A DNA stretch of 64,000 nucleotides. Origin: Carpediemonas membranifera BICM (taxonomy: Eukaryota > Protista > Fornicata). The DNA is taken from NCBI GenBank assembly GCA_019828565.1, contig JAHDYR010000006.1, forward strand, positions 248,001-312,000, read 5' to 3'. The position numbers and the translations under genes were made by a program. Below the pieces are notes generated by a model. It saw nothing but the letters and a program-made list of their open reading frames with translations, was not told where the DNA came from and did no database searches. Below are positions 34,799 to 45,874 of the stretch, piece after piece (position 1 is the stretch's first letter; every line of letters begins with the position of its first letter).

Positions 34799-36808
34799 AT
34801 GCGGCTTTGGAGCCTCATCGAAGGGAAAGTTCCCGCTCTCAAGAAGCTATTCTACATGCAAGATGCTAGCGATGAAGAGAGCTCCAAGTACCGGCTTGAT
34901 TGGTCCGCACTGGTGGTTCTGACCTTCATCACGTCCATCGTGAACCTAGTGATCATTTCAACCCTTTATCTTGGTGATTTCATGGGCATTGTGGTTGCTA
35001 CTGTTGTTTTCATCGTCGGCATGGCTATCTTCGTCGCCCTTCTCACACTCTCCGTTCCCTCGGCCTTCGCGTCCAAGGCCACGCTCAGCGGCATCTTTGC
35101 TGGCGTGTTCATCGTTGTCACTACCATCTTCTCCCTATTCTCCATCATCAGCTGCCTCTTCAACTTCATGACCAGAGGCATCACGAACCAAAACATCTAC
35201 TGGAACATCCTCAGTGCTGTTTCTGCCGTCATCGCGCTGCTCATGAACATCGTTACCCTCTGCTTCAACGTGGGGACCGGCGCCTGGGGCCTCTATGCCT
35301 CTTTCTTCGCCAAGAAGCGGCCCGCCCTGTGGGATTTCAAGCTCACCCCCCGCCTCATCCTTGCCCTCGCCATACTCATGATCGTGCCAGCCCTCGCCGA
35401 GCTCGCTGGCATGGACAAGGGCGACTCGTTTAACCGCATGCTCGAGGAGACATATGTCGACATCCTCGTGCTCGCCGCCATGTTCATTCTGCTCGTCGTC
35501 GTCGGTGTTGCTGCCACCTTCCTCAAGGACCTCGACAAGCTCCCGGTCACCATCACTGACATCGTCGCCTTCCTCGGCCTCGGACTGTACCTTGGCTCGG
35601 CCACGTGCCGCCTCATCTCCGTCTTCACCAACGGGGATGCTGACTACCAGTCGGACGACTCCGACCTCGGCATCTTCGCCACCATCTCTCACATGCTTGC
35701 CACAGCCGCCTCGTACATCCTCGAGGCCGTGGCGACGTCACTCATCATTGACACCATCCCCAAGCATCTGCAGGTGGTCTTCATGACGGTGGCGGCCCTC
35801 GCATTCTTCGTCATGCCCGACAGTCTCAGCAACGTGTACAGGTACGCGCTCCTCGGCGACGGGATCACCGGCAACAAGCTGGCCCGCACTATTAGCCTGG
35901 GAATGCTCCATTATACCGCCGTCATCGCCGCATTCGTCGCGCTCTTCTTCATCGACGTCAACCACGACCGCGACATCTCCTCCGATGCCGACAAGGCCGC
36001 CCTGAACGCCAACAATCTCCGCTATCCTAAGTTCATCAAGCCCACCGTGAAGAACGGTATCAAGACCTTCCCCACCGGTGGCGCGGGCTCCGTTATTTAT
36101 TGGTCAGTCATCCTCGCCGCTGTCGGCCACGTCTGCACGAAGTATCCAGCCCACTTCGTCCTCCAGAGCCTGCAGACGCAGGCCACCGATGCCCAGCTCA
36201 TCTATAACCCGACGGTGCCGTTCGAGAGCGTCTCTAGCATGGGTACGACAGTCACACTCACGATGATCCCCATCATTGCTGTGCTCGGCACTGCTTTCTT
36301 TGGCGTCACGAGCGCGGCGCTTGTCTCTGTCATCGCCATCATCGTAGAGTTCGTCGTCCTCGGTGGCATGGTCGCCGCTCCATTCCTCGCCAGCTCCACT
36401 GGCTTCTCCATCGGCATCCAAGCACACCTCCTTGGCCTGGCGGTGGCGCTCAACCGGTTTGCTGTCGCCCTGCTCGCGGGTGTGACGCTTTCATGCATGC
36501 GCGTCTTCGTCAAGCACTCTCTGGAGGCGATGCTTATATTCTTCACGGTCGCATGCTTCGCCCGCGTCATCTCCACAGCACACGTGCTCGTCCACAGCCT
36601 GCTCGACTGGGAGACGAGCAGCGACTTCATCAGCGTCCTTGTGTTGTTCATCGGTGCCGGTGCCACGATTGTTCCCGCCGCAGCGGTGCTTGTTCACCCC
36701 TTCTTCTACGTTGGTAGAAACGGATACGTCTCGGTCGGCGTTAAGCTGCTCAACAACGCCTCGAGCGCAGAGGACGTGACGGACAAGCAGCAGCTGCTCT
36801 CCAAGTAA
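34799..36808 (+). CDS. Multi-pass membrane protein (669 aa)
   Basis: Many hydrophobic segments and strong C-ending codon bias. Confidence 0.85.
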   Translation: MRLWSLIEGKVPALKKLFYMQDASDEESSKYRLDWSALVVLTFITSIVNLVIISTLYLGDFMGIVVATVVFIVGMAIFVALLTLSVPSAFASKATLSGIFAGVFIVVTTIFSLFSIISCLFNFMTRGITNQNIYWNILSAVSAVIALLMNIVTLCFNVGTGAWGLYASFFAKKRPALWDFKLTPRLILALAILMIVPALAELAGMDKGDSFNRMLEETYVDILVLAAMFILLVVVGVAATFLKDLDKLPVTITDIVAFLGLGLYLGSATCRLISVFTNGDADYQSDDSDLGIFATISHMLATAASYILEAVATSLIIDTIPKHLQVVFMTVAALAFFVMPDSLSNVYRYALLGDGITGNKLARTISLGMLHYTAVIAAFVALFFIDVNHDRDISSDADKAALNANNLRYPKFIKPTVKNGIKTFPTGGAGSVIYWSVILAAVGHVCTKYPAHFVLQSLQTQATDAQLIYNPTVPFESVSSMGTTVTLTMIPIIAVLGTAFFGVTSAALVSVIAIIVEFVVLGGMVAAPFLASSTGFSIGIQAHLLGLAVALNRFAVALLAGVTLSCMRVFVKHSLEAMLIFFTVACFARVISTAHVLVHSLLDWETSSDFISVLVLFIGAGATIVPAAAVLVHPFFYVGRNGYVSVGVKLLNNASSAEDVTDKQQLLSK

Positions 36809-37211
36809 ATATGATTTGACCGGTGTGTGGGCATTGGCCATTGTGGATACTGTGGTAAGCTGAAACCGGCCCAATAGCACAGACGAAGTACGGTTAGGTC
36901 ATGCCAGACAACCGGTGTGACTCGACTGGCGGAGTCATCTCTGACCATTTGATAGTCGTCGTATTGTTGTTGCTGGATTGCTGGGGTGGCCCAGCTCCTA
37001 TGGCATGGGCTGTGTCTCTCGAGCAGTCCTAAGGGTTCAATTCAAGTGTTGGAATCATACAATGAGCTTAGCTAATCAGTCTTGAGTGGCCAAGGCTGCA
37101 GTCACCCGGCACTCATGACATATACACCATGCCCGTCCCGAGGATATCGCGCATTTATTAATAATACAACAACAAATTGACTCAGCCGACACTTGTACAG
37201 ACTTCAACAAG

Positions 37212-38636
37212 TCAGGTTGACCGCAGTACTGCCACCACGGCCCCGCGTGCTGCCATATCGGGCGTGTTATCGATAGAAATCAGCATCGAATCAGATCCTA
37301 CAATATCACACACGACCGCCCGAGTGATGTCACTAGCAGCCGCAGGTATCCTTCCAGCCACGACCATCGTGCCGGCCCGCCGGAGCTGGGCCGCGGTACC
37401 TGGTGCACCCAGCACTTCGGAGTACATCGCGTGTATGAAGGCGCAGGTGAGTCCACCTGGGGTGAAGTTCGAGAGGGTCAGGCCGTCCATTGTTCCTGAG
37501 GCCCCAAGGTTGACAGCGCCGTCCCGCTCTCCCCAGAATGACGCATTCAAAACTGGAGGCTTGGCACCGCTTGCCAGGAATTTGCTCGCCTCGTCAATCA
37601 GACTGGTGTACAGCTCGCCGGTATTTGTGTCATCACCGCCGGCCATGATCCCAAACTGCCGAGCCAACCCAGCGAGTAGGGCAAGAGTACGACCCCCGCC
37701 CAAAGCAGCCCGGACCTGGATCTCTGCCGACGTGCAGCAGACCATCGGCCTAGCCTCATACCCATCCAGCTCAGACCCTTCGCTCCCGTGCCCCGAGTTC
37801 CGACACCTCTCCGCCCGGCCCGGTCCAGGGAGACTGAGCTGCGAGCCAGTCCCGACCACGAGGACGGGGCGGGGCTTGGGGAGGGTGATGGACCCCGGGG
37901 CGACGGTCCAGGCCGCCAGGACCGAGGCCTGGTTGTCGCCCAGACCAACGCAGACGGTGACCTCGCTGTCTGTACAGCCCAGGTCTTGAAGGACATCTGC
38001 GGGGATATTAGCAACAGAAGTACCAGACGGGGCAAGTTTGGGCAGAGTCAGACGAATTCCCAGAGCGTCTAGGACGCGCTGGTCGTATGTTCCCGTGTCC
38101 TGGGCGATTAACCCGACAGAATGGGCCATGGTTACGTCCGCAGCCACCCTGCCGCACAGACGGTGTGTAATGAGGTCGATGATGGTGAGACATGTGACGC
38201 TTTCGTCGTTCAGGGCTGGGTTGGAGGTAACGAGTTCTGCCACAGCAAGGGCGCCGAAGCCAGTGCCCATGCGAGGGGTCAGACCAGCGTCGGAGAGCTG
38301 GGACTCAACTCTCGCCTGTACCTCTGCCGGGGCGACGTACTGCCATGAGTAGAAGGGGGTGAGCGGCTTCATGTCCTCGTCGGCTAGAAGGACGCCGTGC
38401 TGCTGACCAGTAAGGCCAATAAAGTCGATCTTGCGAGTATGACCGTCGATAACATCCCGTAGAGCATCAAATACAACTGCTATAAGAGCGTCGATATCTG
38501 CGTAAACGCCATGCTCGCCTTCGGGCATCGGTTTCGAGACGCTCTTGAGTGTATGAAGCATATTGGCACCATCAGAGAGGTATCTAACGCATGATACTGT
38601 CGAACTGCCTATGTCTAGGCCGATGCACTCGAACAT
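37212..38636 (-). CDS. FGGY-family carbohydrate kinase, sedoheptulokinase-like
   Basis: GLDIGSST, GLTGQQHG, SWQ, LGDNQAS, VGTGSQLS and AALGGG motifs. Confidence 0.88.
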   Translation of the reverse strand: MFECIGLDIGSSTVSCVRYLSDGANMLHTLKSVSKPMPEGEHGVYADIDALIAVVFDALRDVIDGHTRKIDFIGLTGQQHGVLLADEDMKPLTPFYSWQYVAPAEVQARVESQLSDAGLTPRMGTGFGALAVAELVTSNPALNDESVTCLTIIDLITHRLCGRVAADVTMAHSVGLIAQDTGTYDQRVLDALGIRLTLPKLAPSGTSVANIPADVLQDLGCTDSEVTVCVGLGDNQASVLAAWTVAPGSITLPKPRPVLVVGTGSQLSLPGPGRAERCRNSGHGSEGSELDGYEARPMVCCTSAEIQVRAALGGGRTLALLAGLARQFGIMAGGDDTNTGELYTSLIDEASKFLASGAKPPVLNASFWGERDGAVNLGASGTMDGLTLSNFTPGGLTCAFIHAMYSEVLGAPGTAAQLRRAGTMVVAGRIPAAASDITRAVVCDIVGSDSMLISIDNTPDMAARGAVVAVLRST

Positions 38637-38876
38637 GGACAGGCGACGGGTCAGAAGACGCTCGGATTTGGGAAATATGCATATTCAATCCTCAGCGATT
38701 GTGGGCCCGGGCGTCACTCACAAGACCCACCCACCACGTCACTTAGAGTTACCAGCCCTCTATTGACCTCAGTCGGCTCTTATATTTTCTGGCCATGATC
38801 CTTTTTTCTTGCATTTTTTTTCCTGGAAAAAAGACGAGACGAGTCGTTGTTGCCGAACGAGCTAATGGGTCGCGTT

Positions 38877-39548
38877 ATGTCTGCTACTGGTCAAAAGCAC
38901 ATGGATCTCACCCGCTACACGAGATTCCCCCGCTATGTTGTCAACCAGCGCAAGAAGAACGTTCTAGTTCAGCGCCTCAAGCAGCCCGCTGCTATCAACG
39001 AGTTCACGCATACTGTTGAGAAGAACATCGCCACCAACCTCGTTTCCTACCTCTCCAAGAACAAGCCCGAGGACCGCACACAGAAGAAGGCCCGCCTTCA
39101 GGCTCTCGCTGAGGCCAAGGCCGAGGGCAAGGAGATCGCTCAGAAGAAGCCCTACTTCGCCAAGTTCGGTGTCAACCACGTGACTTCCCTCATCGAGAAG
39201 AAGCAGGCAAAGCTTGTCGTCATCGCCGCTGACGTCGACCCCATCGAGGTCGTTCTCCACATCCCCGCCCTCTGCCGCAAGCAGAACATCCCCTTCTGCA
39301 TTGTCCCCAGCAAGGCCGTCCTCGGCCAGGTCGTCCACATGAAGACCTGCGCTTGCGTCGCCATCACTGACGTCCGTGAGGAGGAGAAGCGCGAGTTCGA
39401 TTCCCTCGTCACTGCCATCACCGGCTTCATGGACAGCGTCAACATCCACCAGGAGGGCACTGCCGTCAACGGCTTCAAGGCCATCAAGCGTGACGAGCTC
39501 AACGCCGCCCGCGTTGCCCGCGAGCAGGCTAACCGCCGTGAGCTCTAA
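38877..39548 (+). CDS. RPL7A: 60S ribosomal protein L7a (eL8)
   Basis: DLTRY.RFPRYV...RLKQP.AIN.F and GVNHVTSLIEKKQAKLVVIA.DVDPIE motifs; the start is uncertain. Confidence 0.95.
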   Translation: MSATGQKHMDLTRYTRFPRYVVNQRKKNVLVQRLKQPAAINEFTHTVEKNIATNLVSYLSKNKPEDRTQKKARLQALAEAKAEGKEIAQKKPYFAKFGVNHVTSLIEKKQAKLVVIAADVDPIEVVLHIPALCRKQNIPFCIVPSKAVLGQVVHMKTCACVAITDVREEEKREFDSLVTAITGFMDSVNIHQEGTAVNGFKAIKRDELNAARVAREQANRREL

Positions 39549-39788
39549 GCTCCGCCCCCATAAATGCCGGGACTAAACAGGGCGCAAGCCCAATGACCAA
39601 CCCGGGTTATTATCTTTGGCCGGCAGCGCTTTGCTGCCGTGCAAGTAATCAGCGGCTTCAAGCCAAAGCTGTCTTTACTATTTCAACATCAATTGAAACG
39701 CTTGCATTGATAGAATTGTCTGCGATTCATACCACTTCACTGGAGGACGGTCTCCGATGCTGTATTGGCCTGGTGCATCTGTCGTTCA

Positions 39789-40301
39789 TGCTGACGTCCA
39801 CGAAGAAGACGCTTTTGTGGAAGCTCTGGAGAAGGCAATCCAACTCGCCCTCCACTCCGAGGGCTACTCAGGCTCCGACATCTCCATCGTGGTGCGGGAT
39901 GCCCTGTTCCAGCCCATCCGGCAGCTCCAGACAACAACGCACTTTAAGCCAACACAGACGGCGGAGGGCACCAAGTGGCTGGCCTGCGCGCCTTCAGACG
40001 AGGGTGCAGTGGAACGGGACATCATGTCGTTCGAGGGCTCTGAGGTGAACGTGCCGCCCGTGTCGGCGGAGAACTTCTTCCGGGCCCTGGATCGGGTCAA
40101 GCCGTCCGTGTCGAAGGAGGATGCCGAGGCACTCGCCAACTGGCAGTATGGTGACGGTGAATAGGGTTCTTTTTATTTTTTTAAACTGGCATGGCCCCCC
40201 GCTCTGCTTATGCTCTTTATTGTTGAGAAGACGATCTCCCTACTGACTTAAGACGTGAGTAGGAGGGAGACAGGGCAGTGTTGCGCAGTATAAACACATT
40301 G
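39789..40301. repeat. 513-bp direct duplicate of 52714-53226 (Vps4 fragment, hairpin and terminal repeat motif)
   Basis: Constant offset of 12925 bp; only two substitutions noticed, both in the subterminal hairpin. Confidence 0.95.
39859..40164 (+). pseudogene. VPS4: Vps4-type AAA ATPase C-terminal fragment (copy 1)
   Basis: EGYSGSDISIVVRDALFQPIRQLQTTTHFK...CAPSDEGA...KPSVS matches the Vps4 lid, beta domain and C-terminus. No Walker A/B or MIT domain lies upstream. Confidence 0.8.
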
Positions 40302-40309
40302 ATCGTCGA

Positions 40310-40352
40310 TGTGCTATTGAAGGGTCAAACAATGTGTTTATACTGCGCAACA
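40310..40352 (+). mobile_element. 43-bp solo end unit (mini-element) with a 5-bp GTCGA target-site duplication
   Basis: GTCGA[TGTGCTATTGAAGGGTCAAACAATGTGTTTATACTGCGCAACA]GTCGA; 42/43 identical to the reverse complement of 53204-53246. Confidence 0.85.
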
Positions 40353-40416
40353 GTCGACTTACTTTAAACTGCACCACAACACGTCGATTATTAACAGCAC
40401 TGTCAGTTCGTCAGCA

Positions 40417-40830
40417 ATGGCGAAAAGAGCAGGCACTACAAAGAAGAAACGCGGACCGCCACGGGGTATGAAACCCGTTGCCCTCCGAGACAATGCTACT
40501 CCCATAGAACAGTTCATTCATGGCCGAATGGAGGGCATTGAGCAGACAACGAATCTGAAGCAATGCCTCAAGTTCCCCGCTGCACGTATCAAGTCCATTA
40601 TGCGCGCTGATCCACACGTACGCATGATTTCCGCCGATGCCACTGCCATCGTGTCGAAGGCAGCCGAACTATTTGTCCTCGAGGTCACCAAGCGCGCGCT
40701 AGATAGGCTTGGTGAGGACAGGAAGTGCCTGATGCAGACAGACATCATTGATTCTCTGCGCGACGACGAGTCCTTTGACTTTCTCGTGGACCTCTTCAGA
40801 CCGGACAGACCGCCCGTAGCGCCCAAGTAA
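40417..40830 (+). CDS. Histone-fold protein, NF-YC/CHRAC/Dpb3-like
   Basis: FPAARIKSIMRADPHV.MIS.DA..IVSKAAELFV...DFLVD motif. Confidence 0.9.
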   Translation: MAKRAGTTKKKRGPPRGMKPVALRDNATPIEQFIHGRMEGIEQTTNLKQCLKFPAARIKSIMRADPHVRMISADATAIVSKAAELFVLEVTKRALDRLGEDRKCLMQTDIIDSLRDDESFDFLVDLFRPDRPPVAPK

Positions 40831-41102
40831 ATTAGATGATAACGCATGCAGGGCATCAGACGTAGTCAGTGGTGGAGCCGGACGGTCACTGTGTCATTGG
40901 CTCACAATGGCGGAGGAAGGGGTTCAGGACATGGAACGAAACACCTGGCTCGTTTGCCACGGTATCTGCCATCAATGGCGCTGACGGCCACCGTGACTAT
41001 CAATCAGACAGCGGAAATGATTGAGTTGAGTTGCAGTGTGAAATGCAAAATCACTGGGGAAAGCGTCGTGCGGCGCCATTCGCGCCTGAACAACAGCGCA
41101 AG

Positions 41103-42497
41103 ATGAGTAATTTGCCACACGATGATTCCGGAGACGAGGACACCGGCGTTGGCATCATTCCCGTGGTGGACATCTATGCTTCCCGCCAGCGCATGCCCTC
41201 CTTCACAATGGCCGATCGTTCGATAGAATCCGTCCATTGGAGCAAGAAGCAGCGCTCGGAGATGACAGATTCGGACTGGGCACACCTCATGCAGGAGCAT
41301 CGCATCAAGATGGCCGTGCCAGGCAGGGCAGCACCGCGGCCGTGTCGCAACTGGGCGGAGATGAACATCCCGGATGTCATCCGCCGCTCCTTCCCGTCCT
41401 CATGGACAAGGCCGACTCCCGTGCAGATGGCGTCGATCAAAGCGGCTATATCGGGTTGGAACCTCGACTGTGTCGCCTCCACAGGCTCTGGAAAGACCGC
41501 AGCATACGCTATCCCAACGCTGACTCGGCTCCTGGACAACGACCTCCTCGGCAAGGGCGCGTCCGTCCTGATCCTGGTCCCGACGAGAGAGCTCGCCGAG
41601 CAGGTGCTAGAGATGTACCACATCCTCACGGCACACGTCGCCAAGTGCTCGGTGTACGCCGTGTACAGCGGGGCAGACACAGAGGCCGGTCGCCAGGTGG
41701 GTGTGAGGCGCGCTGATGTTATCGTCGGCACACCAGACCTGATCCACCGTCACATCGCGGACGGGAACCTTAACCTGCACGGACTGCACGCGTTGATCAT
41801 CGATGAGGCTGACCGCATTGTAGAGCAGTTCGGGCAAGGACCACTCGGCGCCATCATCTCTGCCCTCGGGGCCGCGAGACCCAGTGCTCAGCGCCTGCAG
41901 TATTCAGCGACAAGGTCTGAAGCCACGACGAAGCTCGCACACACCACCAGCCGCGTCCTATCGATCGAATGCGCCACCCCCCCTGCGACGATCACCCACC
42001 GCGCCGTTCTCGTGCCATCGCCCAGAGACAGGCTCCGGACACTGGCGGGTGCTGTCGACGAGTACGTCTACCGCGGCCACAAGCAGGCGCTCGTGTTTGT
42101 GAACACGCGGTCAGACGTCCAGCCCCTCGTACGGGCCCTGCAGGGCCAGGTCCAGCGGGTGCGGGTGCTCGGGGTCCACGGCGAGGACGTGGAGATGAGG
42201 CGTGTAGCCGCAGAAGCCCTGCAGGACTCTAGACCGGTCGTGGTGGTATGCACTGATCTCTTTGGCCGCGGTATCGATGCACCGCACCTGGGCGTCGTCA
42301 TCAACTACGACCTGCCCCAGAACAGAGGCTCGTTCGACCCCGCCTCCTTCACTCATCGCGTGGGCAGGGTGGGTCGGGCCGGAAAGGCCGGTGTGGCCGT
42401 CACCATTGCCCACAGAGAAGAGAGGACCATGTTCAGGGACCTGAGGGCGGCGCTGCGGGCTGTGCGGTGCAGAGACATCCCGGATGAGATCCGCTGA
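41103..42497 (+). CDS. PRP28: DEAD-box RNA helicase, Prp28/DDX23-like
   Basis: Prp28 signature HWSKK...MT..DW....I......P.P.RNW.E, plus STGSGKT, PTRELA, DEAD, SAT and HRVGRVGR. The start may be further upstream (41043). Confidence 0.8.
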   Translation: MSNLPHDDSGDEDTGVGIIPVVDIYASRQRMPSFTMADRSIESVHWSKKQRSEMTDSDWAHLMQEHRIKMAVPGRAAPRPCRNWAEMNIPDVIRRSFPSSWTRPTPVQMASIKAAISGWNLDCVASTGSGKTAAYAIPTLTRLLDNDLLGKGASVLILVPTRELAEQVLEMYHILTAHVAKCSVYAVYSGADTEAGRQVGVRRADVIVGTPDLIHRHIADGNLNLHGLHALIIDEADRIVEQFGQGPLGAIISALGAARPSAQRLQYSATRSEATTKLAHTTSRVLSIECATPPATITHRAVLVPSPRDRLRTLAGAVDEYVYRGHKQALVFVNTRSDVQPLVRALQGQVQRVRVLGVHGEDVEMRRVAAEALQDSRPVVVVCTDLFGRGIDAPHLGVVINYDLPQNRGSFDPASFTHRVGRVGRAGKAGVAVTIAHREERTMFRDLRAALRAVRCRDIPDEIR

Positions 42498-42699
42498 GCA
42501 TCTGTTCTTCGTTTACTATGTGGACAGATAAATGGCCGGCCCGGGTACCCCTATACAAAGCAGAGGGAAGCAGCGATGACGCGGACATGGATATGTGGGT
42601 TACATGATGTAAATGCGGGATCAGGCACAGGGTCACCAGTAAGGATACGCGAGCGTATTTCGGGATCTTTTCGATCTTGAGCAATCAAGAACACGAGAA

Positions 42700-44458
42700 G
42701 ATGACCTCGACAAATACGGCTCCTCAAACGCCAATTAGATCGCCAGCTGTACTTTTGACTACCCGTGTGCTGCCAGGCAGCTTCAGTAGCGCCACACAGC
42801 TTCCCCGTGGCATTGGAAGCCCGGCGAAGGCCTTTCTCACCGCCAGGGGCGTCACTGGCTCAAATATGGTAGAGATTTCTGCACACACAGACGATGACGG
42901 CTGGTCTCTGCTTCATCACGCAGTCAAGAGCGGCGAGCAGAACATTGTGGAGTTCTTTCTGGACAACGGCGCCGATATCAACCGCCCCAACGACACCGGC
43001 GCCACCGCCCTGCACCTGGCAGCGCTGTTTTCTCCGCACCTTATCCCATACCTCTATCGACGCGGGGCCGACCAGTTTGCCCGCAACAACGACGGCCTCA
43101 CAGCCATCCACCTCGCTGCAGGCCACCAGCCCGCGGCCATTCCCCTCCTGATCGAGCGCGAGACCCCTGTAGACGTCCTGGACACTGAAGACTGGACGCC
43201 CCTGCATGTGGCGGCCGAGAACATGCCCGAGTCGATCGAGGTGCTGCTCCACTATGGGGCGGACATCAACGCCATCACTGCCACTGGCATGACCCCGCTC
43301 CACATCGCCGCGCAGCATAAGCCGGCTGCTGTGGCGGCTCTGCTTGAAAACGGGGCGAACGTTCGTGCGACCAACAACGACGGCTGGACGCCCCTTCACA
43401 TCGCCGCCCACCACCAGCCAGACGCCGTCAGCATGCTCACAAGGGCCGGGTCTGCTGTACTGGCGCCCCTACCCAACGGCTCCCACCCTCTCCACGTGGC
43501 GGCCGAGCACTGTGCCGAGTCCATCCCACCCCTGCTCGCAGCCGGGGCCGACATCCATGCGGCCACAAAGAACGGGTGGACACCGCTCCACTTCGCCTGC
43601 TGCTACCATCCCGAGGCTGTGCTCCACCTCATCCATGCCGGGGCGGACGTCCACACACCCGACGAGGATGGGGTGTGCCCCCTGCACAGGGCGGCCCAGT
43701 GTCAGCCAGGCGTCATACTCGACCTCGTTGGTGCTGGGGCGGGTGTTAACGTGCGGGCCGGCGATGGGTGGACGCCCCTGCACTTCGCCGCATGTTTCCA
43801 GCCCGAGGCGCTGACCCCGCTGTTCAATGTGGGGGCTAATGCTGCGGCCACAGACGCAACAGGAGCCACACCGCTGCACATTGCTGCGGAGAACCAACCG
43901 GAAGCAGTGGGCCGCCTCATAATTCGCGGCTCCTCCATTGACGCGCAGGATAATGACGGAAACACGCCCCTCCATGTGGCTGCAGCCAACTCGCCCGAGG
44001 CAGTCGAGACCCTCTGCCATAACGGGGCAAAGGTGAATGTGCACTGTAAGAACGGGACGACCCCGCTCCATGTGGCCGCCGAGTTCTCAGAGAAAGCCAC
44101 GCTCGTGCTACTGAAGAACAAGGCCGACCCATGCGCCACCGACGATGTGGGCTGCACACCACTGCATGTTGCCGCGGTCCAAGCCCCCCAGACGACCGTG
44201 GCCCTCGTCAGCTACGGGGCTGACCTCACAGCAACGAACGACAGGGGCGAGACTCCTGCATCACTGGCACAGGAGCACTCGGGCCCGATCGCAGCGGCGC
44301 TGTTCGGGGAGCTGTCCAAGAGGGCGGCCTTGGGGATGAGGCACGCCAGCGAGAAGGCTGAGCTCGAGTCGAAGGTGCGGCAACTCGAGGCGCGGGTGGC
44401 TGAGCTTGAGGGCAACGCTGCCGCTGCTGCAGCAGGCATTGTTTCTGTCAAGAAGTGA
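42700..44458 (+). CDS. Ankyrin-repeat protein with a short C-terminal coiled coil
   Basis: About 14 diverged G.TPLH.AA repeats. Confidence 0.92.
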
Positions 44459-44541
44459 TGTTCACGGAATTATTTCTTTCTTCTTCACGACTAAATTGTT
44501 CTCTCGTTCACTGGCCATGATGGCATGTCTCGGGGACCTTT

Positions 44542-45612
44542 GTGTCTTGTTTAAAAAAGCGTGTCACTGCAGCCAGCCGCGTGTCGTCCGCCACAGTCGG
44601 GCAGTTTATCGACGGTCTCATCGGAATTTGCTGCATGGAATCGGTGTTCTCGAGTGCAGCGAAAGAAATACCTGGCTCATTTGGCATAGCAACTGTTATC
44701 TCCAACAGAAACTCAGAAGATTTGGGCTTGAAGCCATCTGTTGCGGCGAACGATCTCCTTGAAGCCTTCACACTCATCAATGAGTTCCTTGGAGGCAAGG
44801 AGATGCCTTTCAACGACGTTATATGCGAGCTGAAGCTCAGCGGCACCTCACTACTGACCAAAAAGCGCGTTCATCAGTTCCTGCATTTCCAAACCCGACC
44901 CATCCTCTCGCTCCACTGGAGCACAGCACAGACACCTCCCATCCTGATCATATCAGCCGCCTCAATGACGCAAGAAGAACACGAGGAGTTTATCAGGTCA
45001 ACCCGGTCGGAGATTGAGGCATATGTCGCGGCGAACAGACCCCTGGATAAGAGACAGCTCCCAGCCACGCCCATCCCCCAGTGCCCGGGACAAGCCCCTG
45101 CCACTGGGAGGGACAGACTCCTGGCTTCCCTGGCCGATGTCCGGGACTCGCCGTTTGCCGCCAGACGGCCCACTCTCCGCGAGCTGGACGGCCTGGCGCG
45201 GGCAGGGGCGGATCCACAGCAGATTAGACTGTTGAGGAGGCGAAAGTTTACTCCGAACCAGGGCCCTGAGCCGTTTATCGACACAGCCGATGCTCGGGTG
45301 CGTGTCTTTGACGCGATGTACAAGCAAACATACCACACAAACATCCGCAAACTCGGTGAGATAGCACAGGCCGTAGCGGCAGAGATGGGCGACCGGTCGA
45401 TGCGAGTGCATGTCGCTGACGCGCTGATCCGGAGGATTTGCGAGGTCCCCCGGTCACCCTTCATGATCGAGGCCCGCGAGGTAATTACAGCTGACAACGA
45501 CGTCCCAGTAGAGGAGTACCTCAAGTTCAACAAGCTGGCCATGGTAGGGGTGGGCAAGCACGGGTTCGTCGCGGCTGTGAGGGATAGTGCCACTGGCGGC
45601 CCACTTGGATGA
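44542..45612 (+). CDS. Hypothetical protein
   Basis: 356-codon open frame; the true start is uncertain. Confidence 0.55.
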   Translation: MSCLKKRVTAASRVSSATVGQFIDGLIGICCMESVFSSAAKEIPGSFGIATVISNRNSEDLGLKPSVAANDLLEAFTLINEFLGGKEMPFNDVICELKLSGTSLLTKKRVHQFLHFQTRPILSLHWSTAQTPPILIISAASMTQEEHEEFIRSTRSEIEAYVAANRPLDKRQLPATPIPQCPGQAPATGRDRLLASLADVRDSPFAARRPTLRELDGLARAGADPQQIRLLRRRKFTPNQGPEPFIDTADARVRVFDAMYKQTYHTNIRKLGEIAQAVAAEMGDRSMRVHVADALIRRICEVPRSPFMIEAREVITADNDVPVEEYLKFNKLAMVGVGKHGFVAAVRDSATGGPLG

Positions 45613-45874
45613 GGCGGGCTGTTGTTGTGTGTTGTTATGTGCTTCAATGTATGTGTATTTTAAGTCTTCTAAACATCCCAGTGCATTCAACGTCAGGTAC
45701 ATGTGACTGGAGGAGCTTCGGAGAGTCGGCCCGAACCCTAGGTGACGATAAGAAGTGGCGGCGGACGCCATGATCAGGATACTGGGACGTATATATGACT
45801 GGGAGTGCTACAACATGAGTTCTGCGTAACTAATGTACATGTGCACTTTACGCCGAACAATTCTCGAATTTCCG

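Noticed and set aside
40279-40352. 23-bp perfect inverted repeat read as a terminator or a MITE with TIRs
   Set aside because: It is better explained by an inverted 43-bp unit with a GTCGA duplication inserted beside another end-motif copy; the outer IR has no flanking TSD.
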